From Deltaproteobacteria bacterium (GTDB taxonomy: Bacteria; Myxococcota_A; UBA9160; JAFDET01): a stretch of DNA of 47,025 bases. The notes under the pieces were generated by a model. That model saw nothing but the letters and a program-made list of their open reading frames with translations, was not told the origin of the DNA and did not search any database. The position numbers were made by a program, and so were the translations under genes. Positions 1-8,748 of this stretch are shown piece by piece. Positions within the stretch are counted from its first letter, which is position 1. Each line of letters opens with the position of its first letter. The stretch covers positions 1 through 47,025 of the forward strand of contig JAFDET010000001.1 of assembly GCA_019310195.1 (NCBI GenBank). Direction: 5' to 3'.

Positions 1-1
1 G

Positions 2-817
2 GTCACCAGCTCTCTCTACGACGCGATCCGCGATCTGGGCGAGAGTCCGCAGCTCGCCGGCGACTTCGCGGATCTCTTCGCGTGGGATGTGGACTTCTCG
101 CGGTCGGTCCAGCCCGGAGACCGCTTCGCCATTCTCTACGAGCGCCTCTACCGGCGCCCGGCGGGCGGCGAGGCCCAGTACATGGGTCCGGGCATGATCC
201 TTGCGGCCCGCTACAGGGGCCAGGCCGGCATCCACAGCGTGGTTTACTTCGAGGACGGCGAGGCGCGGGGCGGCTACTACCGCGAGGACGGCTCGTCGGT
301 CGAGCGCCAGTTCCTGGTCGCCCCGGTGAAGTACACCCGCATCGCCTCGCGCTTCAACCCGCGGCGCCGGCATCCCATCCTCAAGGTGACGCGGCCCCAC
401 TACGGAATCGACTATGCGGCGCCGACCGGCACACCGATCTTCGCCGTGGCGGACGGTCAGGTGGTCTACCGCGGCTGGTCCAGCGGCTACGGCAAGCTGG
501 TGAAGGTCCGGCACACCAACGGGTTCGTTTCCTACTACGCGCACATGTCCCGCTTTGCGGACACCGTCAGCACCGGGGACTGGGTGCACCAGAAGCAGGT
601 GATCGGCTACGTGGGCTCCACCGGCCTCTCGACCGGGCCGCATGTGTGCTTCCGAATCAAGAACGGAGCCGGACGTTTCGTGAACCCGGCGAAACTGCGC
701 ACGCCCGCCGGCGATCCGGTCCCCACCACGCGCCAGCCCGAGTTCGGGCTGATCCGCGACGCCCTCTTCGCCCAGCTCGACGGCAGCAGGCTGATCGCGA
801 CGGACGAGGCGCTGTAG
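2..817 (+). CDS. M23 family metallopeptidase (LytM/NlpD-like); 5' end lies outside the window
   Basis: The frame is open from the window edge. M23 signatures are present: HYGIDYAAPTGTPIFAVADG, then GYGKLVKVRHTNGFVSYYAHMS and GYVGSTGLSTGPHVCF (HxxxD and HxH-type zinc ligands). Confidence 0.85.
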   Translation, partial: VTSSLYDAIRDLGESPQLAGDFADLFAWDVDFSRSVQPGDRFAILYERLYRRPAGGEAQYMGPGMILAARYRGQAGIHSVVYFEDGEARGGYYREDGSSVERQFLVAPVKYTRIASRFNPRRRHPILKVTRPHYGIDYAAPTGTPIFAVADGQVVYRGWSSGYGKLVKVRHTNGFVSYYAHMSRFADTVSTGDWVHQKQVIGYVGSTGLSTGPHVCFRIKNGAGRFVNPAKLRTPAGDPVPTTRQPEFGLIRDALFAQLDGSRLIATDEAL

Positions 818-1053
818 AGGCGTCTCGCTGAGGGGAGGCTCAACGGGTCGCGGTGGCGGCGCGTTGTTTATTCTTAGCCGGCCGAGGCCCTTCGCTCGCC
901 TGCGGCTCGCTGCGCGCGCCGCATTGAGCTCCGGAGCATGGCCGCACCCGGGGGGCGGCGCTTGCGGGCCTCAGGCTCCGGTGTACGCGCAGGCCGGTCA
1001 GGGCTTAGGGCCTCCGGGCCCGTGGTCGGTCCACCGCGCTACGCTCCTCCGCC

Positions 1054-1485
1054 ATGAGCGACGCGGAGCTGAAGAAGCGCCTCGAGGAGGCGGGACGGCG
1101 GTTGGGGGTGCGGGAGGCGGAGCATGCCTCGGCGCTGGAGGCGGCTCGGGAGCGGGCCGAGTCCCTGCGCGAGCGGGTGGCGGCGGCCATCGACGCCTTC
1201 CACGAGGCCGCCAGCCAGAGCGGGGCGCCCCAGCTTCGGGTCGAGGTGTCGCGCGCGCGGCCCGACGCCAAGCACCTGCGATCGGTGGAGTTCGACCTCC
1301 AGCGAGGGCGTCACCGGGCGGTCGTGACGGTCAAGAGCCGCGGCGAGGTGACCCTGGTGGGCCCGTTTCGATCCGGGAAGGAGGAGGGGCCCTGCCGCAG
1401 CTTCCCGATGGACGCGGAGCCGGAGATCAGCGCGGCGCTAGGGGACTTCCTGGAGCGCTTCCTCGACCAGGCAGCCACCCCCTGA
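1054..1485 (+). CDS. hypothetical protein, 143 aa, charged helical N-terminus
   Basis: ATG-initiated ORF with coding-like, non-shadow composition (MSDAELKKRLEEAGRRLG...). I recognise no domain. Confidence 0.55.
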   Translation: MSDAELKKRLEEAGRRLGVREAEHASALEAARERAESLRERVAAAIDAFHEAASQSGAPQLRVEVSRARPDAKHLRSVEFDLQRGRHRAVVTVKSRGEVTLVGPFRSGKEEGPCRSFPMDAEPEISAALGDFLERFLDQAATP

Positions 1486-1540
1486 GCTTCGGCATCCAAG
1501 CAAGCGGCATGTCCAGCCACCCCCCGCCCGGAGCCCTGCG

Positions 1541-2909
1541 GTGAGCCTCGATCGCGACGACCCGACCCTCGAGGTCCCCGTCGAGTCGATCGAGGACGCG
1601 GTCGCCTACTTCCGCGTGGGCGAGAAGCCGCGCGACGCGTGGCGGGTGGGAACCGAGCACGAGAAGCTCGGTCTCTACGAGTCCGACCTGTCGCCGGTGC
1701 CCTACGAGGGCGAGCGGGGGATCGAGGCCCTGCTGGAGCGGCTGGCCGAGGTGGACGGCTGGCAGCGCATCCAGGAGGCCGACAAGACCATCGCCCTGAG
1801 CCGGGACGGCATGTCGATCACGCTGGAGCCGGGAGGTCAGCTCGAGCTCTCGGGCGAGCCCAAGCGCACCATCTTCGAGACCTGCGACGAGTTCCAGACT
1901 CACCTGGCGCTGATGCGCCGCGTCTCCAAGGAGTTCGGGATCGTCTGGCTGGCTCTCGGCAGCGAGCCTTTTCATCCCATCGAGGACGCGCCCCACATGC
2001 CGCGCGTGCGTCACGAGATCATGCGCAGCTACCTGCCCACGCGGGGATCGCTGGCCATGGAGATGATGCACCAGACCGGGACGGTGCAGGCCAACTTCGA
2101 CTTCGCCGACGAGCCCGACATGATCGAGAAGCTGCGCAGCGCCATGGCGGTGACACCGGTCGTCTCCGCCATCTACGCAAACTCCGGCGTGACCTGCGGC
2201 AAGGCCAACGGCTTCGTGTCGCGGCGGCTCCACATCTGGCAGCACACCGATCCCGATCGCTGCGGCCTGCTGCCCTTCGTCTTCGAGCGCTGGGCCTTCG
2301 ACGTGCCCATGTTCTTCATCGTTCGTGAGGGCCGCTACGTCCCGACCGGCGGCCTGCCCTTCGGGCACTTCGTGCGCGACGGATTTCGGGGTGAGCGCGC
2401 CAGCCTGGCCGACTTCGAACGCCACCTGACCACGCTGTTTCCCGAGGTGCGCATCAAGCGCTACATGGAGGTGCGCGGAGCCGATGCGGTTCCGCCCCAG
2501 CTGCGGAGCCGATGCGGTTCCGCCCCAGCTCACCTGCTCGCTGCCGGCGCTGTGGAAGGGCCTGCTCTACGACGACGATGCCCGGCGCGGCGCCCTGGCC
2601 CTGGCCGCCGGCTGGTCGGCCGACCAGCGCCAGGCCCTGCTCCTGGACGTGGCCCGCTCCGGGCTGGCCGCGTCCGGCCCGGGAGGCCGGCCGGTGGCCG
2701 AGCTGGCCCGCGAGCTGGTGGCCTTGGCCGACGCCGGGCTGAGGCGTATTGGCCACGGCGGGGTCAATGCGCCCGACGAAGCCGGCTTCCTGGACCCCGT
2801 GCGCGAGCAGCTGGACCTGGGCCGCAGCCCGGGGCAGGTGATCCTCGAGCGCTGGGAGGGCGATTGGAAGCAATCCGGGCGGCGCTTGATCGACTACGCC
2901 CGGTACTGA
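1541..2909 (+). pseudogene. gshA: glutamate-cysteine ligase, plant/GCS2 type (gshA-like), frameshifted by a 28-bp tandem duplication
   Basis: The N-terminal 321 aa, in the frame of 1541, end ...IKRYMEVRGADAVPPQL. The C-terminal part continues in the +1 frame as GADAVPPQLTCSLPALWKGLLYDDDA... to the stop at 2909. This matches the conserved MRGADGGPW..LCALPAFWVGLLYDE region of GCS2 enzymes. Deleting one 28-nt copy gives a single ORF of about 446 aa. Confidence 0.85.
2475..2530. repeat. perfect direct tandem duplication, 2 x 28 bp (GCGGAGCCGATGCGGTTCCGCCCCAGCT)
   Basis: Positions 2475-2502 and 2503-2530 are identical base for base. The flanking bases differ: c2474 versus t2502, and g2503 versus c2531. 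Confidence 0.95.
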
Positions 2910-2954
2910 TAGAGTCGCCCCCTGCGGGGAACGCCGCGGCCGAGGACCTACTGC

Positions 2955-3515
2955 ATGACGATGAAATTCAGCTTCACCCTGGACGACGAGGACCTGAAGT
3001 ACTTCCAGCGCCTCCTGAAGGACGCGCGCAAGTACTCCAAGGACGAGGATTCGGACGCGCTCATCCGTGCCGTCCGCAAGGTGGTCGAGGACGCCCGCAA
3101 GACGGCGCGTCTCCCCAGCTTTGCCGAGGAGGCGATCGACACCCTGGAGGCGATGATCGACATGGTGGAGGACAGCGACTGGGCGCTGCCTCGGGCGACC
3201 GGCGCCAAGGTGCTGGCGGCCCTGGCCTACTTCGCGCAGCCCGACGATCTGATCCCGGACCACATCCCCGGTCTCGGGTTCCTGGACGACGCGATCATGA
3301 TCAAGATCGTCGAGACCGACTTCAGGCACGAGCTCTGGGGCTACCGCAAGTTCAGCAAGTTCCGCGGCGGCGCCGAGCAGCGGCCGTGGACCAAGGTGGC
3401 CCGCGAGCGCCTGCCCCGTCGCCTCAAGGAGAAGCGCGAGCAAATCCGCGAGGAAATCTCCCTGCGCAGGGAGAAGGCGCAGGCCCGGGAGGGCAAGGGG
3501 CTCTTCCGCTGGTAG
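2955..3515 (+). CDS. DUF1232 (YkvA-like) domain protein
   Basis: The motif LAYFAQPDDLIPDHIPGLGFLDDAIMIKIV is typical of DUF1232. The C-terminus is basic. Confidence 0.7.
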   Translation: MTMKFSFTLDDEDLKYFQRLLKDARKYSKDEDSDALIRAVRKVVEDARKTARLPSFAEEAIDTLEAMIDMVEDSDWALPRATGAKVLAALAYFAQPDDLIPDHIPGLGFLDDAIMIKIVETDFRHELWGYRKFSKFRGGAEQRPWTKVARERLPRRLKEKREQIREEISLRREKAQAREGKGLFRW

Positions 3516-3538
3516 ACTTCTCCGCTCGAAGCGGAGTC

Positions 3539-4687
3539 ATGGACCAGCCCCAGCGCGACCGAATTCTCATCGTCGACGACGAGGAGGCCATCCTCGAGAC
3601 GATGCAGTTCACGTTCGAGGACGACTATGACGTCCTCGCAACGGTGGACGCCGCCGAGGCGCTCGACCTGCTCGAGAAGAACGCGCCGGTGGCCGTGGTG
3701 ATCAGCGACCAGCGGATGCCCAACATGACCGGCGTCGAGTTCCTGACCAAGGTATTCGAGGCCCATCCCGAGACCGTTCGCATCATCCTCACGGGCTTCG
3801 CCGACATGGATGCCATCATCCAGGCGATCAACGACGGTCACGTCTACGCCTACATCACCAAGCCGTGGGAGCCCGAGGACCTGAAGCAGGTGGTGCGCCG
3901 GGCCGTGGATCACCACCGCCTCACGGTCGAGAACGATCGGCTGCTCCAGAACCTGGGGCGCAGCAACGTGCTGCTCGAGGGCGTGATGGAGCGGCTGGAC
4001 CAGGGCGCCCTGGCGGTCGACGCCGACGGCGTCGTCCAGGCCAGCAACACCCTGGCCCGTCAGTACCTGGGCCAGAGCGACGACCCGCGCGGTCGCAGCC
4101 TGGAAGAGGTCCTGTGCGGTGAGTGCCTGGACGAGCTGCGCACCACCGCCTTCGAGCTGGCTGCGGACGAGGACGCCAGCCACGCGGACCTGGAGCTGGA
4201 CGTGGGCGGCATGGCTCTGCTCCTGCGAGTAACGGTCCGCAACCTCTCGGGCCCGTCGGGCGCCTCGCTGGGGACGGTGGTCTTCTTCCGCGAGATCTCC
4301 CACGAGCCCCAGCGGCGCCGCTTCGACGATCTGGTCGGCGAGCTGCTGGAGGCCGACGGCGATCTACGGGAGCCCATGGAGACAGCCGTCGCAGAGCTCC
4401 GCACCCTGGGCGACGCGCTTCGCGGCTCATCGGTGGGCTCGCCCGGCAAAGACGAGCTGCGCGAGCGCTCGGCGCGTACCGTCACGGCGCTGGAGAACTG
4501 GCTCTCCATCGACGACAGCCTTGCCCGCGAGGACTACCCGGACGCGCAGCTTCTTCAGGATCGTATGCGGGTGGCGCTGGCGCGCTGGCCCCGGCCCGAC
4601 GGAGTGCCGGTGCGGGTGCGCGAGCTAGCGAGCCGCGTGGAGGCCTACTACGACTCCGGAGAGAATCCGAAGCAGCGCACCCTCTGA
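3539..4687 (+). CDS. response regulator: receiver domain, PAS-like domain and a helical C-terminal region with no recognisable output domain
   Basis: ATG at 3539. REC motifs are RILIVDDEE, VVISDQRMPNMTG (phospho-acceptor Asp about residue 57) and YITKPW. They are followed by LDQGALAVDADGVVQASNTLARQYLG, which looks PAS-like. Confidence 0.85.
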   Translation: MDQPQRDRILIVDDEEAILETMQFTFEDDYDVLATVDAAEALDLLEKNAPVAVVISDQRMPNMTGVEFLTKVFEAHPETVRIILTGFADMDAIIQAINDGHVYAYITKPWEPEDLKQVVRRAVDHHRLTVENDRLLQNLGRSNVLLEGVMERLDQGALAVDADGVVQASNTLARQYLGQSDDPRGRSLEEVLCGECLDELRTTAFELAADEDASHADLELDVGGMALLLRVTVRNLSGPSGASLGTVVFFREISHEPQRRRFDDLVGELLEADGDLREPMETAVAELRTLGDALRGSSVGSPGKDELRERSARTVTALENWLSIDDSLAREDYPDAQLLQDRMRVALARWPRPDGVPVRVRELASRVEAYYDSGENPKQRTL

Positions 4688-4796
4688 GGCGGCGGCCCCC
4701 GCTCCGGCGGCGGCCGGCGGCCTCGAGCGGCTCGAGCATCGCAACGAGCGGCTCGGGATCACGCTGCGTTTCACGTGGGCGTTCCACGCGCGCGAG

Positions 4797-6374
4797 GTGC
4801 GCTTCGAACGCAGCGCGGGGGACGGCTTCGAGCGGGTCTTCCCCGAGACCTTCTCGTTCCACGTACAGCGGCACGATCCTGCGGAGCTGTACCTCCAGCT
4901 CGAGGACATGTGGACCACGCCCAGCCGGATCGCGCCCGCGGCCCACCGCCGCGACGCCGAGCGCGTCCTGCGGCGCTTCGCCTACGCGCTGCCGGGCTAC
5001 CTGGAGCGCACCCTCGACCGCCTGGAGCGAGAGGGGCGGCTGGCCGGCGAGGCCTTGGCTCGGGTGCAGGGCGACCTGGCGGTGATGGTCCACGTGGTGA
5101 TGCGCTTCATGGCGGACAAGGGCCTGGACGACGAGCCGGAGCTGCGGCCGGCGGCCTTCCACCTGCGCAAGCTGGCGTACCGGGCTCTCGACGCCCTGGT
5201 GGCCGTCCGGGTCTCGCCGGAGCACCTGGCGCGCTACGTGGCCGGGGGGGTGGAGCCCCTGGACCTCGGCGACGAGATCTCGGAGATCGGGCTCTTCTAC
5301 GCCCTGGCCGAGGGCGACCCGGCGCGCATCGACTGCCAGCTGCTGGCCATGGCGGAGCAGGCCTTCCACGCCTGGCTCGAGGAGGTCTGCCTCGACGAGT
5401 CCAACCAGGTCTTCGAGATCCACGGCTCGCCCTTCGACGACCGCGAGACGGAGGTGCTGCGGGCGGTCACGGCCCGCGGCAGCGTCGACCTGGCCCGGGG
5501 GAGGGACCTGGTCCCCTACCTGCGCCGCAGCCGCAACCGCGACTGCCTGCGCGTGCTCCAGGCCCTGGAGGCGTGGTTCCTGCGCCAGTACGACGTGCCC
5601 CACGCGTCTGCGGTGATCCAGCATCACGAGCACGTGGAGCGCGGCCGCGACGACGGCGACCGGGTGCTGTCGCGGCACTCCACGCGCAACTACCTGGTCG
5701 GGCTGGGGCTGCTCACGGCGCCCTTCCTGGGCGGGCTGGTCGCGTACCAGCGTGCGCCGCGGCTCTTCGACGCGCTGTGCTCCTTCGAGGTGGGTCTCCT
5801 GACGGTCGCCGTGTTCTGGTTCATGGTTTACCGATTCTCCTGGAAGCGGGACCTGGCCTTCTTCCACTCCTCGGTGCCGCGCATCGGAGCGGGCATCATC
5901 GTCGGCTACCTGCCGGTCTTCTTGATCGACGAGGTATGGGATCTGGTGAACGAGGACTGGGGGACGTTGGTGATGGTCTCGTCCCTCCTGGGCTTCGCGA
6001 CGCTGCTCTACCTGTACGTCGAGGTGCAGCGCCGTCTGGGCGATACCCACGTTGCGTTCCAGCGGGCACGCTCGATCTGGCTGCTGGGCGTGGCGGAAGC
6101 CCTGGCGCTGGGCCTCCTGCTCACCAGCGTCTTCGGCCGCTTCATGGCCGAACGCAACTGGGGCGCGGAAATCGGCGCCGACACCCGCTCCGCCACGTTC
6201 GAGACCTTGCGCGCCACCATGCCGCCGGTGGCGGGTCAGCTCCCGCCCATCGTCGGGTTCGAGCCCTTCCTGGCCTTCCCGGCGGCGGTGCTGTTGATGA
6301 CCTTCCTGTCCTTCTTCATCGGGGTCTTCCTGCAGCTCATGTGGGAGGACATTCCGCTCACCGAGCCGCTCTGA
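4797..6374 (+). CDS. hypothetical membrane protein: soluble N-terminal region of about 300 aa plus about 6 predicted TM helices
   Basis: GTG start. Hydrophobic segments include NYLVGLGLLTAPFLGGLVAY, VGLLTVAVFWFMVY, IGAGIIVGYLPVFLI, LVMVSSLLGFATLLYLYV, IWLLGVAEALALGLLLTSVF and FPAAVLLMTFLSFFIGVFLQLMW. I recognise no family. Confidence 0.65.
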   Translation: MRFERSAGDGFERVFPETFSFHVQRHDPAELYLQLEDMWTTPSRIAPAAHRRDAERVLRRFAYALPGYLERTLDRLEREGRLAGEALARVQGDLAVMVHVVMRFMADKGLDDEPELRPAAFHLRKLAYRALDALVAVRVSPEHLARYVAGGVEPLDLGDEISEIGLFYALAEGDPARIDCQLLAMAEQAFHAWLEEVCLDESNQVFEIHGSPFDDRETEVLRAVTARGSVDLARGRDLVPYLRRSRNRDCLRVLQALEAWFLRQYDVPHASAVIQHHEHVERGRDDGDRVLSRHSTRNYLVGLGLLTAPFLGGLVAYQRAPRLFDALCSFEVGLLTVAVFWFMVYRFSWKRDLAFFHSSVPRIGAGIIVGYLPVFLIDEVWDLVNEDWGTLVMVSSLLGFATLLYLYVEVQRRLGDTHVAFQRARSIWLLGVAEALALGLLLTSVFGRFMAERNWGAEIGADTRSATFETLRATMPPVAGQLPPIVGFEPFLAFPAAVLLMTFLSFFIGVFLQLMWEDIPLTEPL

Positions 6375-6444
6375 GCGGCCGCAACCCCGGCGGCGGCTCC
6401 GGCATCGGAGCGGTACAGTCCGTTTCCCGGAGGCGGAGGAGCCG

Positions 6445-6699
6445 ATGGCAGCCATCGAGATCTACAGCAGGGGGACCTGCCCCTACTGTGTGGCGGCCAA
6501 ACGCCTGCTCGCGGCCAAAGGGGAGAGCTGGACCGAGGTGGACATTGCTGCGCTCCCCGAACGGCGTCGCGAGATGATCGAGCGCTCCGGGCGCAACACC
6601 GTTCCGCAGATCTGGATCGACGATCGCCACGTGGGCGGATTCGACGACCTGGCTGCGCTCGACCAGGCGGGCGAGCTGGACCCGCTTCTGGGCACCTAG
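6445..6699 (+). CDS. grxC: glutaredoxin 3
   Basis: CPYC active site (IEIYSRGTCPYCVAAKRLL), TVPQIWIDDRHVGGFDDL, and a GGAGGAG Shine-Dalgarno sequence upstream. Confidence 0.9.
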   Translation: MAAIEIYSRGTCPYCVAAKRLLAAKGESWTEVDIAALPERRREMIERSGRNTVPQIWIDDRHVGGFDDLAALDQAGELDPLLGT

Positions 6700-6708
6700 G
6701 AGGATCGT

Positions 6709-7641
6709 GTGCCGGAGCGCGTTCGCGTTCTCATCGTGGGCAGCGGGCCTGCGGGCTACACGGCCGCGGTCTATGCGGCTCGTGCGGAGCTGGAGCCGTT
6801 GATGCTGGCGGGCTTCCAGTTCGGGGGCCAGCTGATGCTGACCACCGACGTGGAGAACTACCCGGGCTTTCCGGAGGGCATCACGGGCCCGGAGATGATG
6901 GACGTGTTCCAGAAGCAGGCCGAGCGATTCGGGACCCGGATTGTGTTCGAGGACGCTACGCGCATCGATCTGTCTCAGCGACCGTTCCGGGTGGAGACGG
7001 ACGAGCAGCAGCTGGAGGCCGACGCGTTGATCCTGGCCACCGGCGCTTCGGCCCGCTGGCTGGGGATCGACTCCGAGACCCGCCTGCAGAACAAGGGCGT
7101 CTCGGCTTGCGCCACTTGCGACGGCGCCCTCTTCCGCGGCAAGCCCATGGCGGTGGTGGGCGGCGGCGATACGGCCATCGAGGAGGCCCTCTTTCTGACG
7201 CGCTTCGCCACCGAGGTCGCCGTGATCCACCGCCGCGACGAGCTCCGGGCGTCCAAGATCATGCAGGAGAGGGCGCGCAAGAACGAGAAGATCCGCTTCG
7301 TTTGGGACTCGGTGGTCGACGAGGTTCTGGGAGATGATTTCGTCACCGGCGTTCGCGTCCGCAACGTGAAGACCGACGAGACCTCGGAGATCCCCGTCGA
7401 GGCGCTCTTCATCGCCATCGGCCACGTGCCCAACACGGAGCTGCTCCGAGGTCAGCTCGACCTGGACGACGTGGGCTACATCCGTGTCACGCCCGGACGC
7501 TCCCTCACCAACGTGGAGGGCGTATTCGCCTGCGGAGACGCGATGGACCCCGTGTACCGCCAGGCGGTCACGGCGGCGGGAACGGGTTGCATGGCGGCAA
7601 TCGATGCGGAGCGTTGGCTGGCCGAGCAGGAGCTGGACTAG
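6709..7641 (+). CDS. trxB: thioredoxin-disulfide reductase
   Basis: FAD motif [11 protein letters not shown], redox-active CATCDG, NADPH motif [12 protein letters not shown], and GVFACGD. An AGGAGG Shine-Dalgarno sequence precedes the GTG start. Confidence 0.95.
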   Translation: MPERVRVLIVGSGPAGYTAAVYAARAELEPLMLAGFQFGGQLMLTTDVENYPGFPEGITGPEMMDVFQKQAERFGTRIVFEDATRIDLSQRPFRVETDEQQLEADALILATGASARWLGIDSETRLQNKGVSACATCDGALFRGKPMAVVGGGDTAIEEALFLTRFATEVAVIHRRDELRASKIMQERARKNEKIRFVWDSVVDEVLGDDFVTGVRVRNVKTDETSEIPVEALFIAIGHVPNTELLRGQLDLDDVGYIRVTPGRSLTNVEGVFACGDAMDPVYRQAVTAAGTGCMAAIDAERWLAEQELD

Positions 7642-7671
7642 GGACGCATCGCCGCGCGGAGCAAGGCCCCA

Positions 7672-8748
7672 ATGGCGCTGACGGCGGACAAGTTCGAGCA
7701 GCTGATCTCCCATTCCACCGACATCGTGGTCGCCACCGACCGCAAGGGGACCGTCGTCTACTACAACGACGGAGCCAAGCGCAGCCTGGGCTACCGCTCC
7801 GACGAGGTGATGGGGCGCTTCGTCGCCCAGGTCTACCCGAGCCTGGAGGAGGCGAAGCGCGTGAAGCGCGCGATGCTGGCCGAGGGTCACGGCGGGCCCG
7901 GGCGCATCGACTCCTTCCAGACCACCTTCCTCACCAAGGAACGCCAGCAGATCCCGGTCGCCATCTCCGGTGTGGTGCTGTTCGACGAGGACGGGGAGGA
8001 GGACGGCACGATCGGGTTCGCCAAGGATCTGCGGGAGATCCTGCAGAAGGATCAGCTCGCCACCCTGGGCGAAGTGGCGGTGGGGCTGTCCCACGAGATC
8101 AACAACCCGCTCAGCGTGATTCTCAACCAGACCGAGCTCCTGGAGCGGGACCTGATGCGGCTGGCCGACGAAGCGGACGCCTCGGTGGAGCTGGAGCGCG
8201 TGGACGCGATCCGGCGCGAGATCGCGCGCATCGCCGAGATCCTCCAGCGCCTGGGCGAGATGGTCGAGCACGAGAACTACGAGACGGTCGACTACATCGG
8301 TCCGGCGCGCATGATCGACCTGCGTCGGCGTTGGGAAGGCAAGAGCGACGATCGACTGCGCGGTCTGCGTGTCCTGGTGGTGGACGACGACCAGGGAATC
8401 CTGCGCACGCTGTCGGAGATTCTCGAAGCGGACGGCTGCGTGGTGAACACGGCGCAGGACGGCAAGGAGGCGCTGGACCGGGTGGAGGAGAGCCCGGTGG
8501 ACGTGGTCGTGACCGACGTGGTGATGCCGCGCGTGGACGGCTACGAGCTGTATACGGCGCTGCACCGGCTGCACCCGGAGCTTCCCGTGTTGATGATGAC
8601 GGCCTTCACCTACGACAAGGATCACATCATCAAGCGCAGCCGGCTGCGCGGCCTGTCCACCGTCATCTTCAAGAAGCCGGTCGACCCGGCCCGGCTGCGC
8701 AAGGCGATCCTCGAGGCGGTCTACTCCGCGCAGCCCGACGACTCATAG
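7672..8748 (+). CDS. PAS - HisKA(DHp) - receiver hybrid protein lacking a HATPase_c catalytic domain
   Basis: PAS-like N-terminus (STDIVVATDRKGTVVYYNDGAKRSLGY). H-box LSHEINNPLSVI with His about residue 141. REC with LRVLVVDDD, VVVTDVVMPRVDG and IFKKP. Only about 34 residues separate the DHp and REC domains. Confidence 0.8.
   Translation: MALTADKFEQLISHSTDIVVATDRKGTVVYYNDGAKRSLGYRSDEVMGRFVAQVYPSLEEAKRVKRAMLAEGHGGPGRIDSFQTTFLTKERQQIPVAISGVVLFDEDGEEDGTIGFAKDLREILQKDQLATLGEVAVGLSHEINNPLSVILNQTELLERDLMRLADEADASVELERVDAIRREIARIAEILQRLGEMVEHENYETVDYIGPARMIDLRRRWEGKSDDRLRGLRVLVVDDDQGILRTLSEILEADGCVVNTAQDGKEALDRVEESPVDVVVTDVVMPRVDGYELYTALHRLHPELPVLMMTAFTYDKDHIIKRSRLRGLSTVIFKKPVDPARLRKAILEAVYSAQPDDS

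Noticed and set aside
1541-4687. The 1048-aa ORF in the track, which looks like a giant fusion protein.
   Set aside because: It is a composite. The first 321 aa are the genuine glutamate-cysteine ligase N-terminus. After the 28-bp duplication the frame is wrong and gives low-complexity R/G/P/A text. That frame stays open only because of high GC content. It crosses the DUF1232 gene out of frame and happens to be in frame with the response regulator, which starts at the ATG at 3539.
4482-8625. Long minus-strand ORFs of 657 aa (4482..6455) and 755 aa (6358..8625).
   Set aside because: They lie antisense to well-supported genes: the membrane protein, grxC, trxB and the PAS-DHp-REC gene. Their composition is dominated by R, G, A, H, V and L, they contain no recognisable motifs, and they are typical high-GC shadow ORFs.
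8743-8748. A 6-nt overlap between the 3' ends of the convergent PAS-DHp-REC and comF genes, considered as a regulatory feature.
   Set aside because: The overlap is real in the sequence (TCATAG read on both strands). Such end-to-end packing is common in this window, and I have no evidence of function.
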